64,000 nt of DNA from Prorocentrum cordatum (GCA_963575745.1 CAUYUJ010000316.1:1-64000), one strand, 5' to 3'; shown: positions 1 through 12,830, numbered from the stretch's first letter. Numbers and translations: made by a program. The notes: generated by a model from the sequence alone, not told the origin.

Positions 1-739
1 AATACTCTCCCACTTCCCCTGATGGCGTCCGGAAGATATTCGGCACCCCCCCCGCGTACTGTTTTTTTACACACAGGATTCCCCGGAGTTGGGTTTTCGC
101 TTGTGTTTTTTTCTAAATGCTGCTCTCGTTGAGGCGTCGGCCTCATTTCTGCCCCCGAATCGTTCCGAATCGTGCTCCCGCTGCAGCGTGGGCCTCATTT
201 TCGGATCGGTGTTTGGCCTCCGTCGTTCAGGGTGGCGTTCTCGCCCCAGCGCGGGCCTTTTTCTCGCGCGCCCATCCGCCCGCCACCACCGCGCCGCACC
301 GCCACCACCACCACCACCACCACCACCCCCACCACCACCACCACCACCACCACCACCACCACCACCAGCACCAGCACCAGCACCAGCACCAGCACCAGCA
401 CCAGCACCAGCACCAGCACCAGCACCAGCACCAGCACCAGCACCAGCACCAGCACCAGCACCAGCACCAGCACCCGCACCAGCACCAGCACCAGCACCAG
501 CACCAGCACCAGCACCAGCACCAGCACCAGCACCAGCACCAGCACCAGCACCAGCACCACACCACAACCACGCACACACGCACGCACGCACGCACGCGCA
601 CCACCACCCACTACGCACGCGCGCGCGGAGCCACAGGTCCGCTACGACACGCGTCCGCGGATAGAGAAAATCAGCGCCATGGTAAGGGATGGGAGGGAGG
701 GGTAGGACGTCAGATATGACGCGAGCGCACCTAGCTTGT
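1..739 (+). mobile_element. Non-autonomous repeat element (ACAA...TTGT family), copy 1; 5' end cut by window edge
   Basis: 1-230 is similar to 29127-29330. The 65-bp 3' module CGCCATGGTAAGGG...GCGCACCTAGCTTGT (675-739) recurs at 18132-18196 and 29592-29656. Contains (CCA)n/(CCAGCA)n and is followed by (CCT)n. Confidence 0.7.
301..560 (+). repeat. (CCA)n grading into (CCAGCA)n microsatellite
   Basis: Directly visible. Confidence 0.95.
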
Positions 740-1433
740 CCCCCTCCCCCTCCCCCCCCCTCTCCCCCTCCCCCTCCTCTCCTCCTCCTCCTCCTCCTCC
801 TCCCCTCCTCCTCCTCCTCCTCCTCCTCCTCCTCCTCCTCCTCCTCCGCCTCCTCCTCCTCCTCCTCCTCCTCCGCTGCCTCCTCCGCCTCCTCCTCCTC
901 CTCCTCCTTCTCCTCCTCCTCCTGCTCCTCCTCCTTCGCCTCCTCCTCCTCCTCCTCCTCCTCCTCCTCCTCCTCTTCCTCCTCATCCTCCTCCTCGTCC
1001 CTCCCCCTTCTTCATTAAGGCGGAGGATTGAAGCCTCGGTGGGATTGGGCAGGGATTCAGCAGGATGGAGACGGCGGCGACGAGGACTCCCCAGGCCACG
1101 AGCCACGCAGAGAGAACGAGCCCAAAGCCCAAGCACCCACTCAAGAGGGGGGGCGCAAGGGAGGAAAACAGAAGAGGGGGGCCGCAGAGGGGGAGCTTGG
1201 ACTCAGGGTGTCCATGACAAAGCGCTGGGCCCACCAGGGCCAAGTGGGGGCCAAACGCAGGATTTACGAGCCGCGACCAGCTGCCGATGCCAACCAATCT
1301 ACACAGCTACCTGGTCAATGTGTGTGTGCAGAAGCTTCAGGCATGTGTCGATTGGCTTCCTCTCGAATTGTGTCTGGCTAACAGGGTACACGTTGCAAAA
1401 TGCTGAATACGGCGCTATGAGACATGGTGCACG

Positions 1434-2317
1434 CTACACGTGCGGGGGCAGCCAACTAGACTCACATGTCACACGGTTGAAGAAGTACGTCATGCCGCTC
1501 ACAGGGTCGCGTGCAATCTCCAAGCTTTGAGGCAGTATGGGTGGCAACTGTTGTCCCAATGACTGGAGCTGTCGAGCCAGGGCCAGCATATCCACCACGT
1601 TGCCAGCAGGAGCATGCCCAGAGACCGCGGGACGCTGCTGCATGAAAGTTCCTGTTTCTGTTACCGCTGCCGAAGGCATGGCCTGTGGCGTCTCCGGCAC
1701 TGGACTCGGCTCAGAGGCCTGCTGCGCTGGAGTGGAAGAGTGCGCTGGCGCAGAAGGCGGCGCGGCTACAGCAGCTGCTCCGGTCTCCTCGTCTGCGGCG
1801 GTCTTCACGTCCTCCACAGCAACAGTAGTAGCAGCAGGCCTCTTCACCGAGTGGCACAAGCTTGCCCCTACAGAGGGAGCTCTGCTCGGGACGGGCGTGC
1901 CGCGCCGGCGCCGAAATGTTGAGCGCTCGCCGAGTTCCTCCTCCAGCTGCGCGTGCTTCGGCCGCGCCGGGGGAGCAGGACCAGGTGCTGGAGCCTTTGC
2001 CCCATCGTCGCCTTCGGCACGCGGAGGGAGAACAGGATCATCGCGACGAACTTGTGGTTTGTCCAGCCACATCTGCACGACTGAAGTACCGTCGCTACTT
2101 GCATGACCACGGTCTTTGGCAGACAGATTGCCGAGGGTGGGTCCTCGATGACCGAGCTGACCACCAGCGAATGTGCAGGACCAGGAGGCGCACGCTCCGG
2201 AGACACCACTATCTTGTACTTCATCTTGTCGAGTTCCTTGGCCTCGCCGATGGAAATGTGGACACGACGAGTGGCCACCTGGCGCTGAATCCACCGGAGA
2301 CGAGCAAAAACAACCAT
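1434..2317 (-). pseudogene. WW-domain protein gene or retrocopy, apparently frameshifted
   Basis: ORF 1434-2294 ends in LPQSLEIARDPVSGMTYFFNRVTCESSWLPP, a WW consensus with the first Trp lost. A protein-like N-terminus (1868-2317) is in another frame. Confidence 0.5.
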
Positions 2318-3309
2318 GGGAAGAAATAAGGCGAGTTGGGTCAGGTGAATGATGTGAGCCGATCTCTAAGCAAATGCGTGATCGAGACAGCTCTCCTCCC
2401 CCTCCTCCTCCTCCTCCTCCTCCTCCTCCTCCTCCTCCTCACCTTCTCCCCCTCCTCCTCCTCCTCCGCCGCCTCCTCCTCCTCCCCCTCCACCTCCTCC
2501 TCCTCCGCCTCCTCCTCCTTCCCCTCCTTTCTCCTCCTCCTCCCTCCTCCACCTCATCCTTCTCCTCCTTTTCCTTCTCCCCTTTCTCATCCTCCTCCTC
2601 CTCCTCCTCCTTCTCCTCCTCCAAAAACCCCGTGGTGACCCCGAATCCCCATTGACTCACCACGCGGCGTGGCACCACACAGTTTGGGAGCCCACGACGA
2701 TCCTCCTTGTGAGGGGCAAGGTGGGGACTGGCATAGAGGGGGGGAAACATCGACCTGGAATCGGCGATACATCGCCGATAGATCGGCGATGGGCCCCCAT
2801 GGTGAATCCGCACATTCTTGAGCGGGGTCGGATTTCTCATCGGCGATCAATGGGCGATTGGGGGGCGATGCATCCCACCCTACGGCAGGTTCGTGTCGTG
2901 TCGACCCAGCCGCTGCTTCATCACACCGCGGGGATCGTTCAGCCTTGAACGATCGGCCGATTCCGAAACGCCCGATCGTTCAATATCGACCGATGCTGCT
3001 TCGCCAACGGCGTTCAACGTAGAAGGCCGGCGGCGGGGTCACCGTGGGTCGACACGACGCGAACCTGCCGTATGCCTCCTGTTCCACCCCCCCCGGTCGT
3101 TACCCTTAGGTCTGGCGTGTCCCCCTGCAGGCGGATATTGGACGAAAAATAAAAAGAATACCCAAGTAATATTCCGAAAGACGTGCAAAAACAGTCAAAG
3201 AATCGTCCCCAGACTAGTTCTGACTATGTCTGACTTTTCCCCGTGCAGAAGGACAGGCCCGACTTGACCCCATCTTTACCCCGGCCCTGGCAGGAGGCAG
3301 CTGGGGACT

Positions 3310-3474
3310 ACCTACCAGACCACCCCAACCCAACCCGAAGACCCGAATTTGACCCGAATTTCGGGTTGGGGGGGTACGGATACCATGTGTTTTTTCAAAG
3401 TTCCCCGACCCCCCCCCACTGGAAATCGAGGATAAATTTGGGCCTTCGGGTTGGGTTGGGGTGGTTTGGTGGGT
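3310..3474. repeat. Small MITE-like inverted repeat
   Basis: ACCAGACCACCCCAACCCAACCCGAAGACCCGAATTT (3314-3350) pairs with 3434-3470 with 3 mismatches. Confidence 0.6.
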
Positions 3475-4689
3475 GGTGAGCTGGGGGCCTGCCAGCGAGG
3501 CGTCTGCACGGAGTCCCACGTGGAGAGCTTCTGCCAGGCCTCGCCGACCTCTGCGGCTCGCACGCGGGCCCCGGCGGCCGCCCGCCGACGCCGTCGGTCG
3601 TCGCTGTCAACGCTCGATGGCTTCCGAACGTCTTCGACGGATTTTCAAGATCTTCGAAACTTTGCCGTCGTCGTCAACTTCGTCGTCGTCAACTTCGTCG
3701 TCGTCGTTGCCATCGCCGTCCATCATCGTTTTCCGTCGGCCGTCGTCGTCGTCGTCGTTGTCCGTCCGTCCTCCCTCCTGCCGTCGCCGGCGTCGACGCA
3801 GGAGCAGGCCCACGAAGGCTCCCGGAGGCTCAGGAGGAGGAGGAGGAGGAGGAGGAGGAGGAGGAGGAGGAGGAGGAGGAGGAGGAGGAGGAGGAGGAGG
3901 AGGAGGAGGAGGAAGAGGAGGATGCCCGCGGGGCAAGGCGGCTGTGTCGATCCACAACCACCCCCGCGCGCGCCCCCGCGCGCGCCCTCGCCTCGGCGCG
4001 GTCACGCGCCCGAGGCCGTCTGGCAGGCCTCGGCCTCGCCTCGTGCCGCCCGCAGCAGCCTCGCCACCTTGGTGGCCATGCCAGGCGAGCAGCTTCGCTC
4101 TCGCGCGCGGCGCCTAGGCCTCGGCCAGCCGCCGCCGCCGCCCGCAGCCCCTGCTTCGCTTCGAGCAGCAAGGCCACCTGCAGGCGACTGGCACCCCTGC
4201 TGCATCCTGGCCTCCTTGGCCACGCCTCCGCCGCCCGCAGCCCCTGCTTCGCATCGAGCAGCAGAGCCACCTGCAGGCGGCTGGTACTCCTCCTGCAGCC
4301 TGGCAACCTTGGCCTCGCGCCGCGGCGACGGCGCCGCGCTGCACGCGCGCCTGCCGCGCCGATGGGGCGCACCTCCTTCCTTCCCGCCAGCAGGCGGCTC
4401 CTCCAGCCTGGTCGCCAGCAGCACGTCCACGCCGTCCTCCTCTGGGCCGCCCGCCTGCGGCTTGCTCTCGCCTCCTGGAGTCCCTGCTGCGGCCAGCCTC
4501 TGCGAGCTGCCTCCTCCTCCACGGGCAGGCGGCTCTGCAGGCGTGGTCTCCTGCACGCCCGCTCCTGCAGCCGCGGCGTTGACCGCCGCTGGCTGGTCTG
4601 CCCGCCCGCCAGCCACCTCCACGCCCAGCGGCTCCCCACTGAGGTCATCGAGGCGCGCGATGACGACTGGCACCACCCTCGCCGTGCGG

Positions 4690-7338
4690 GGCGCGAGCCC
4701 CCGCTGCAGCTTGGCCACCACAGCGCTGCCCGAAGCGGACGGCGGCATCTTGCACTCACCGCTGAAGCCGCATGCCCTGGCGGCGCCCGCGACCCCGCAG
4801 AGGCGGCAGGCGACCAGCGGCATCCTGCGCTCCAGCTGCTCGTCCACGGTAGGGCGGATGACCACCAGGTCGTGGGCGGTGAGCCCCCTGCTGCCTCAGC
4901 CTCCTGTTGGCCTTCGCCGCGTCCGCCAGAATGGAGCCGGGCGTTCACCCACTCTCTCCTCCCACCTGCAGGCTTCGCACCACCTGGGCTGCCCAGGCTG
5001 CCCGCGCCAGGTGCACGCCACCTGCGCGGCTGCCGTGCGCCTCTCGGGAAGAGCCCGCTGCTGCTTCACCTTGCCATGCGTGGTGCCGCTGCCGTCAATC
5101 CAGGTGCCCGCTGCCGAGCACCAGACCCTGTCGACGAGGCCTCGGCGATGAGCAAGCCGCAGGCACTCACGGCCAGGCAGGCGTCCCGCAGCGGCCGCTT
5201 CCTTGGCCACGCGGTCAGCCAGACGATTGCCGTACCAGTCACGGTGCGACACCTTCCCAGCCACCACCTGCTGCCTCGTGCTGCGGCTGGGCACCCACCC
5301 CAGGTGCACCTCGCTGCCCAGTCCTCCGCGTTCATCCAGCAGCGCCCAAGCTTGCCTCCATAGGTGCGCCCAGGAATGACCGCTGGCCGTCGTGCGCATG
5401 CGCCCCACCTGGTAGAAGCCGTCGAACGCGTACTTCGAGTCGACAAACCAGCACTGCGTCTCCGTAACCGTACCTCAAGGCCATGATCACCGCCGTGAGC
5501 TCGCCGCCGTTGATGTCGACGCACGGGCCGACCATCTGGCCAGCGATCGACGCCCTGTACACGTCATCTCCCTCCATCAGCGCAACTGCAATCCAGCCCG
5601 CCGACGTGAACTCGCCGTAGTCCGCCTCGAACACCGAGCCGTCCAGGAAGAGCTCACCAGCTGGCAGAACACCTCCATCATGGTCGCCCTTCCAGCAGAC
5701 CAGGTCGCTGGCCTGAGGCTTGCGCAGCCCCCTCGGCACTGGCCACAGGCACCTCTCCAGCAGCAGCTGGACCCCAGGCTCCTGCCATCTTCCCCTGGGG
5801 TCCTCCAGGTCTGGGGGAAGGGCCAACACCTCTCGCCAGCTAGCACAGTCGCAATGCCTGTGCATCAGGGCGCCCTCCAACCCGCACCTGAGGCACTCCG
5901 CGCTACTCGCCAGCCCCTTCTCCGCCTTACGTGCCTGCGTCCACTGCCCGTTGACGATCAGGGACCGCAGGTGCGCCATCTCGCGCTGCGTGGGCCGCAC
6001 CTTGACCTTGCCAGCACCTCCTCCCAACAGACCCTCAGGGTGGAGCACTCTACCTGTGGTGGCCAGTCTCACCAGCGGCTCGAGCTCGCCACCTGCTGCC
6101 AGGTGACCATTCCCTGGGTCCTTGCTGACCTGCCTCCACTGCCGCCTCTGCACCCCTCGCATGACCAGCCTGCGCACGACCCACGGCGCCACGTCGAACG
6201 GCGCGATGGTGTTGCCGTCGTCCATGACCCAGCTGTTGGCTGCGTCCACCTCCCAACCGATCCTCCGCAGCGACATCGCCGTCGCCGCGCACGGCCCCTG
6301 AACGCGAGCCCAGGTGGTGGCCCTTTTGTCCAGCAGGCAGCGGACCACCATGTGGGGAGGCACCCAATTCTCCCATACCGCCCGCAACAGCATCATCGCG
6401 GGCATGCAGGTCGCGTCGATGATCGGGTCGAGCCCAGGCTGAAGCATCAGCCCCAGCGACCTACTCTTGCCTCTTCTCCAGCTCCTGCCTCGCCTCAGGG
6501 AAGTTGGCGAGCGCCCTGGACTTCTTGACCGCGACCGCCAGGTCCACCTCGCCGAGCAGGACCTCGAGATGCCTGGCCGCTGTCGCGATGTCCACGACGA
6601 CGCGCTGCAGGCCCCCAACCCCCCTGATGATGAGATGTCATCCACGACCACCGAGAGAGCCACAGTGGGTACCAGCTCCTGCAGCCTATCCAGCGGCTCC
6701 AGCAGCAACATCTTGAGCATGAGCGTTGCCATCTCATCTCCTGGCAGCACAGCATGCTCCGTGTAGATGGCATCGCTGACCGCCTCGTCGCGCGCCAGCC
6801 ACCTGGCCGACATGTGCAGGCTGATCTGCAGCTCGAGCTGCCACAAGGGAAACCCCGTCTTCCTCGCAGCACGAATGAGGTGCCCGTGCTGCACCTGCTC
6901 GCACGCCTTGAGCAAGTCCAGGAGCGCCAGCGCGGCGACCCAGCTGGGGGCGTCGCCTGCCTCGCGTCCTCTGGCCGTGGCCCACTCGCACTCCACCGCC
7001 TGCTGCCAGACCGCCCTCTCACAACCCTTCCCTCTGGACGCCCAGAAGAAGGGCCGATCGTTCTTGCGCTCCCACTCGACCGCCGCTGGCCTGCAGAGCC
7101 TTGTCTGAATCCTCGCGAGCACGTGTGCGATGGCCACCGGCCTCACTCCTCCTAACCTCTTTGCCAGGAACACAATCTTGTTGTTCAGCTGCGGCCACTC
7201 CGCCGCCTGCTCTACCGCCATCACGACGTCGATGAGCGTCTCGAGGCCCTCGTCGCTCAGCTCCAGGAGCTGCCGCGTCTTGACTGCCTCGAAGCCCGCC
7301 GCGGTGCCCATCCTGAACGTGCGCAGCACCGCCTTCAT
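4690..7338 (-). pseudogene. LINE ORF2 RT / RNase H / C-terminal Zn region, frameshifted
   Basis: RT motifs VFLAKRLGGVRPVAI, LLDLLKACEQV, VLPG, VVDD. GQWTQAR..CLRCG..HRHCDC. RNase H LFLDGS, GGEL, GNRLADRVAK. C-terminal VACRLCG. Motifs are spread over several frames. Confidence 0.85.
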
Positions 7339-8479
7339 CCTCCACTGAAGGCCTACCAGGCCTCACGCCCAAGTCGTCTGGCCACGCCAGATCCTCATGG
7401 GCGCGCTGCACCCTCCAGAGCTTGCCCCACGCCTGCTCGAGGGCGTCCAGCTCCTGGCAGAAGCTGCGGGGGCCTGCCGCGGAGCTACCGTCGCTGCCTT
7501 GCCAGCCCACAGCCACCCTCGTGACTGCATGCAGCCCTCCTGCTCCTCCCTTCAGCTGCCTGTCGACCCACTCGTCGAACTGCCTGCCGCGCTCGTCGAG
7601 GTCACGCTTGGCATGCTGGTGGCCAGCCTGGCCAGGGTCAAAAGGGCCACGGGGTCCCAACTCGCAAGCCCTGCATGCTGCAGCACCCGCAGCCACCTGC
7701 CCGCCTCCGTGCTGGCGTGGTTGCCTTCCTGCTCGCTATCGGCCTGCTCTTGCCACTGCCTGACCCTCTGAGGCACCAGCTCCGCCAGCCTAGGCGCGGA
7801 GTCGAGCGCATCAATCCGACCTCGGGGCGCCTGGACCCTCGCCGCGGCCTCCAAAATGCTGGCCACTCTCGCCATCCACGCTGCTTCAGGCGCGTGCCTC
7901 GGCGCCCGCGGCTCCTGGACCCCGCTGCGTCGCACCCGCTTGGTGGAGAAGCCCTGCGCCCTGCCCACGTACCTGCCCCTCTGGTCCTCCAGCTGGCACG
8001 CGCCCAGCCACTCCTCCTCTGCGCAATCCAGGCAGGTGGCGAAGGCAGCAGTGAGTGCGTCCTTGGCGCAAGTGCCCTCGCGCTCCACCTCGCCTGCACC
8101 GCCGCCCTGCTTCGCCTCCTGCACCTCCACGCGCCTCCACGGCAAGAGGGCGGCCTTCTCTCCCCAGAGGCGGGGGGGGCCTCACGCATGCTCCTTCAGC
8201 CACTTCAACCTGAAAGGGACTACCCGCGATTCCATACGGCGCCTGGCTCGGATGCATGCCGCCAGTCCCAGCATGGGGAGCAGCTCCTGGGCAGCCTCCG
8301 TGCCCCTCCTGCGCCGCCACCTCCTCCTCTGGCCCGCGCTGCATTCCGCGGACCTGCAGCGCGTCATGCCAGGCGGCACCGCGCTGCACGCAGCACTTGC
8401 TCAGGCTGCCTCCAGAGGCTTCGGCGGCCAGCGTGGGCGGAGGCGGCGGCGCGCTGCCGAGGGGGCCCCGCCTCGCCCG

Positions 8480-9075
8480 CTGGTCCTCCTGTTTTTTTTT
8501 CGAGGATGCCGTTGGCATGGGCAGCGCCTCGGGGCCGCCGCCTTCCCTCAGTGCGCTGCTGCTGGCCAGAGCCACCAGGCCTGTCATCCTCATGTGTTGT
8601 TTTTGTTCGAGGGCGCCGTTGGCAGCGCCTCGGGGCCACCGCCTTCCCACTTCACTTGGCCCCCAGTTGGCAGCGGCGCCGCCCTCCTTCGGCCGCGCCT
8701 GATGGCTCACGGCGTCGACCAGCGCGCGTGCCACCTCTGAGTGTCCAGCGCCCTCCTCAGCCTCCTGCGGTTTTTCGAGGACGCCATCAGCAGCGCCTCG
8801 GGGCCACCACCTTCCCTCTTCTGCTGGCCCCCCGCCGGCCTCGGCGCCGCCCTCCTGCGGCCTCGCCCGCTGGCCCTCGGCGTCGACCAGCCTGCGCGCC
8901 ACCTCTGCGTGGCCGGCGCTCTTCTCAGCCTCCTGTGTTTTTTTCGAGGACGCCCTCGGCAGCGCCTCGGGGCCACCACCTTCCCTCTGCACGCTCCTCC
9001 ATGCGCGCCCCCTCTGCCTCATGTGGTTTTCCGTGGATGCCACTGGCAGCGCCTCGGGGCCGCCGCCTTCCCCTC
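8480..9075. repeat. Degenerate minisatellite inserted in the LINE ORF2 linker
   Basis: Core GCAGCGCCTCGGGGCCRCCRCCTTCCC occurs 5 times (~8521, 8622, 8790, 8958, 9046), each preceded by a T-run. Confidence 0.8.
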
Positions 9076-9199
9076 GCACTCGGGCGAGCCCCAACCTCGG
9101 CGCCCTCCTCTAGCGCCCTCAGCTCGCCAGCAGCTGCTGCCAGGCCTGCGCCTAGCTGCTCCCTCACACGCTTCCTCGCCCGCAACCAGCTGCTGCGGT

Positions 9200-9875
9200 G
9201 ACCCCTCGCGCAGCGTCCGTGCGGCCTTACCTCAGGCAAAGCCCGAGGCCTCTGCGCCACCCTCATGGCGCCCTCCAACTTCTGCTTGGCGACCTCGACG
9301 ATGACTGGCGCGCGCGGGCACGCAGGCGAACCAACCACCACCTGGGCGCCCTGCGCGAGCAGCCCGCGCGACACTAGGAAGTAGTCGATGATCCGCCCTG
9401 ACGCCATACAGGTAGGCCCCGCTGGTCTGACCACGGACGCGTCGAACAGCGCCAGCACCCCGCCTGCCTGCAGCTCCTCCCCACTGAGATTCCAATCCCC
9501 ACCGACCACGTACTCTCTGCGGCACTGCCTGAGCCTCCTCGCCAGCAACTTGACCCAGTGCACGTGAACTCTGCCGTCCACCACCACCGCCGCCTGGTGA
9601 TCCTGGACTTCCGCCATCCCGCGGCAACGTCGCACCATGGTGATGAGCCCCCCCTGTGCTAAGCCCCCCTGGCTCAGACCGCACCGCTGGCGAACTCCTT
9701 GCCCGCCATCCTTGACTACGGAGCTGAGCCTCGGCATCTCTGCTCCGTCCCTCCAGCAGCCTGGTCTCCTGCACCAGGATGGCGTCACAGTCCTGCACCT
9801 CCTGCACCATCGAGCACTTGCCCAGGCTGCTGAACGCGTTGACGTTGACCGTGCAGATCCTCCAGACGCCTATCT
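9200..9875 (-). pseudogene. LINE APE/EEP endonuclease domain, frameshifted
   Basis: ICTVNVN, ILVQET, VVGGDWN, IIDYFLVS, and PRAPV where the catalytic His appears replaced by Arg. Confidence 0.85.
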
Positions 9876-9880
9876 CCTTG

Positions 9881-11014
9881 CTAGGACTCTGCGTCCATAT
9901 CCTCCTCTCCCGTGCGCATCTTCTTGGCCTCGTTGATGAGGGCATCAGCCGCCTTCCTCTTGTCGGGGTCCACGAACTGCTCCTCCAGCTCCTTCCAAGC
10001 CTGCTGCACCTCAGGGGATGGCTGCTGCGGCCGAGGTTCCGCCCCAGCAGACGACCTTGCCACTGCGCCTGCCCTCGTGGCTGCAGCAGCGCCAGCCCCC
10101 GCAGGAGGCGGTTGCACAGGATCTGGCTCTCCAGATCCCACCCCTGCCACCTTGCTCTTCCACTCGAACAGCTTCTCGACCGCCTCGGACAGCTTGACGA
10201 ACTCACCGCAGAGCACTGGGTTCGCCGCCACCCCGCTGGACTTGGCCCAGCCTGCGAGCGCCGCCTTGACCTCTTGCAGGGAGGCAGGGGCGGCGGGCGC
10301 TGCAGTCGCCACCTCAGCTGCCACGGCGGTCTCCGCCATCCTGGCACTCTGAGCCGCCAGCGCCTCGCGCGCTCTGGCGGCTGCCTCAGCCAGCTCCTGC
10401 CGCAGCTGCCCCAGCTTATCCGTGAGGTCCGCCGTCTCGTTGATGGCCGCCCTCGCCTTCGCCCTGGCCAGCTCCAGCATGTGCTCGGTCCGCTTGACTC
10501 TCTGCGCCTTCTCGTCGGCCAGCAGCTGGGCGGCTTTGACGGCCTTATCCTTGGACAGGTCGTCACCCAGCCCCTCGCGCACCAGCCGCCTGGCCTGCTG
10601 GAGCTCGTTCCTGATCCTCGCGCTGAACAGCTTGGTTGCGATGGCGAACTGCACATCTGACATGCTTACGAGCTCGCGACGCTCATCGTCACTGAGCACC
10701 ACTCCCGCAGCACGCTGACCTCCTTTTCCGCTCTCATCGCCACGCCACCACGGCGCACGGGTCGCAGGCGCGCCAGCACCGGCACGCCCACCACGCCCGC
10801 CACCGCCAGCCCCAGCAGGAGCACCGCCACGACCTGGAGCCCCCTGCGGCAGGAAGCTGCCCAGGACCCTCTCCAACGGCTTGCCGCCCCCCTGGCATCC
10901 GTAGCGACAGCACATGCTCTCGGCGAAGTTGTAGTAGCTACACGCCTGGCGCACCCATCCCACGGGCCCGCCTGAGCGACCTCCTCCACGCCCTTGTCCC
11001 GCGTCGTGCCCCAT
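9881..11014 (-). CDS. LINE ORF1: degenerate RanBP2-like Zn finger plus coiled coil
   Basis: 377-aa ORF with WVRQACSYYNFAESMCCRYGC and a long Ala/Glu/Lys helical region. Lies just downstream of the SL and upstream of EN. Confidence 0.75.
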   Translation of the reverse strand: MGHDAGQGRGGGRSGGPVGWVRQACSYYNFAESMCCRYGCQGGGKPLERVLGSFLPQGAPGRGGAPAGAGGGGRGGRAGAGAPATRAPWWRGDESGKGGQRAAGVVLSDDERRELVSMSDVQFAIATKLFSARIRNELQQARRLVREGLGDDLSKDKAVKAAQLLADEKAQRVKRTEHMLELARAKARAAINETADLTDKLGQLRQELAEAAARAREALAAQSARMAETAVAAEVATAAPAAPASLQEVKAALAGWAKSSGVAANPVLCGEFVKLSEAVEKLFEWKSKVAGVGSGEPDPVQPPPAGAGAAAATRAGAVARSSAGAEPRPQQPSPEVQQAWKELEEQFVDPDKRKAADALINEAKKMRTGEEDMDAES

Positions 11015-11118
11015 CGCGCGCGAGAAACTGGAGGAGAGGCGCCCGACTGCCAGAGCGCAAAGACTCTTGCCTGCCGCGGACTAGCGGTATCCGTGCGATC
11101 CCCTCGGGAATCTGGCAT

Positions 11119-11140
11119 CTTGAGCCAAAATGGCTACGGA
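11119..11140 (-). other. Intact dinoflagellate spliced leader (DinoSL) at LINE 5' end
   Basis: Minus strand reads TCCGTAGCCATTTTGGCTCAAG, a 22/22 match to DCCGTAGCCATTTTGGCTCAAG. Confidence 0.97.
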
Positions 11141-11989
11141 AAAGGAGGAGGAGGAGGAGGAGGAGGAGGAGGAGGAGGAGGAGGAGGAGGAGGGGGCAGG
11201 GTGGCGAGGTCGGAGGAGCGTGGACGCCCTGTGGCATCCTCGGAGGCCTCCCGGCCTGCGCGGGGCCCCATGGGGAGGCTGCCGCGGGCCGCCGAGCCTG
11301 GAAGAAGCAGGACGCGCCAGCAGCTCAGTTCCTGGGGCCCATCGTCGCGCTCCTGCGGCCGCGGCCTATCCCAATGGCCTCTGGCAGAAGGCTGGAAGAA
11401 GCCTGGAAGAAGCGGGACGCGCTGGCAGCTCCTGGGGCCCCTCGTCGCACTCCTGCGGCCGCGGCCTCTGCCAGTGGCCTCTGGCAGCAGGCCTCCTCTA
11501 TGAGATCGGAGGATCGCGCCGCATCGCCGACGCCGATGCATCCGCGATGCATCGCCGATGCTCTGGCGACGCTGGCGGTGCATCGGCGACGCCAGCGCGG
11601 GGAACTTCGGGCTCCACATAGCGCCGCACCGGCGAAGCGTGTCGGCGACGAGGCGTCATCCTCAGACCAAATCTACAGTCGGGCTGCTGAAAGACGGAGC
11701 GCTAGATGAGGAACGAAGCCCCTTTTCGGCTCCACAAACGCCTGCGTGGACGAGGAGCGCTAGAGAAACAGCCATGGAAAGACCGAAGGAACACCGAACC
11801 ACTTCCGAATGCAAACGGTTCCTTATTTCAGCGTCGTGTTGTACTTTCGGGCGCGGCCTGAATGACCCCCAGCAAACCATCCCCTTCCTTGACGTCGCCC
11901 TCGCTTTTCAAGCTTCCCTCCAGCCGCAAAACTAACCATCTGCATTGCAATCGTTCTCCCATCTGCTCGAAGGGTATCCCAGGAAGCAG

Positions 11990-12555
11990 TGGTCGTCGCC
12001 GTCGTTGCCGTAGTTGCTGCCGTCGTCGTCGCCGTCGGCGTCGGGGTCGCCGTCGTCAACGTCGTCGTCGTCGCCGTCGCGTCGTCGTCACCGTCACCGT
12101 CGCCGTCGCCGTCGCCGTCGGCGTCGCCGTCGCCGTCGTCGTCGCCGTCGCAGTCGCCGTTCGCCGCCGCCGTCGCCGTCACCGTCACCGTCGCCGTCGC
12201 CGCCGCAGTTGTCGCCGCCGCCGCCGTCGCCGTGTCCGCCGTCCGTCGTCGTCGTCGTCGTCGCCATCGCCGTCGTCGCCGACGTCGTCGCCGTCGACGT
12301 CGTCGTCGTCGACGTCGTCGCCGTCGTCGTAATCGTCGTCTCCGTCGTCGCCGCCGTCGTCATCGTCGTCGTCGTCGTCGCCGTCGCCGTCGTCCCCGTC
12401 GCCGCCGTCGCCGCCGTCGGCGTCGGCGTCGCTGTGGCCAACGTCGTCGCCGCCGTCGTGAGCGCCGTAAACGTCGTTGCCGTCGTCGTCGACGTCGTCG
12501 TCGTCGTCGTCGTCGGCGTCGGCGTCGCCGTCGTCGTCGCCGTGGACGATGCGCC

Positions 12556-12588
<33 letters not shown>

Positions 12589-12830
12589 ACCGTCGCCGGC
12601 ACCGCCGTCGCCGTCGCCGTCGCTGTCGCAGTTGCCGTCGACGTCGCCGTCGCCGTCGCCGACGTCGTCACCGCGGTCGTCAACGTCGACGCAGTCGTCG
12701 TCGACGTAATCGTCGTCGCCGTCGGCGTCGCCGCCGTCGTTGTCGTCGTCGTCGTCGCGGCAGTCGTCGTCGACATCGCCGCCGTCGTTGCCGTAGATGT
12801 CGTCATCGTCAACGTCGTTGTCGTCGCCGC

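Larger units (their letters stand above)
3921..11140 (-). mobile_element. Full-length but degenerate non-LTR retrotransposon (LINE): ORF1 plus EN-RT-RNase H
   Basis: Begins with DinoSL and is flanked on both sides by (CCT)n on its sense strand. Domain order is ORF1, APE/EEP endonuclease, RT, zf-RVT-like, RNase H, C-terminal CxxC. The 3' boundary is approximate. Confidence 0.88.

Noticed and set aside
67..1530. Long ORFs with poly-Pro/Leu/Ser/His/Arg runs here and throughout (for example 11989-14401, 16750-19108, 27850-29467, 36443-39689, 63037-63981)
   Set aside because: They are translations of stop-free triplet or hexamer microsatellites and are open in several frames at once.
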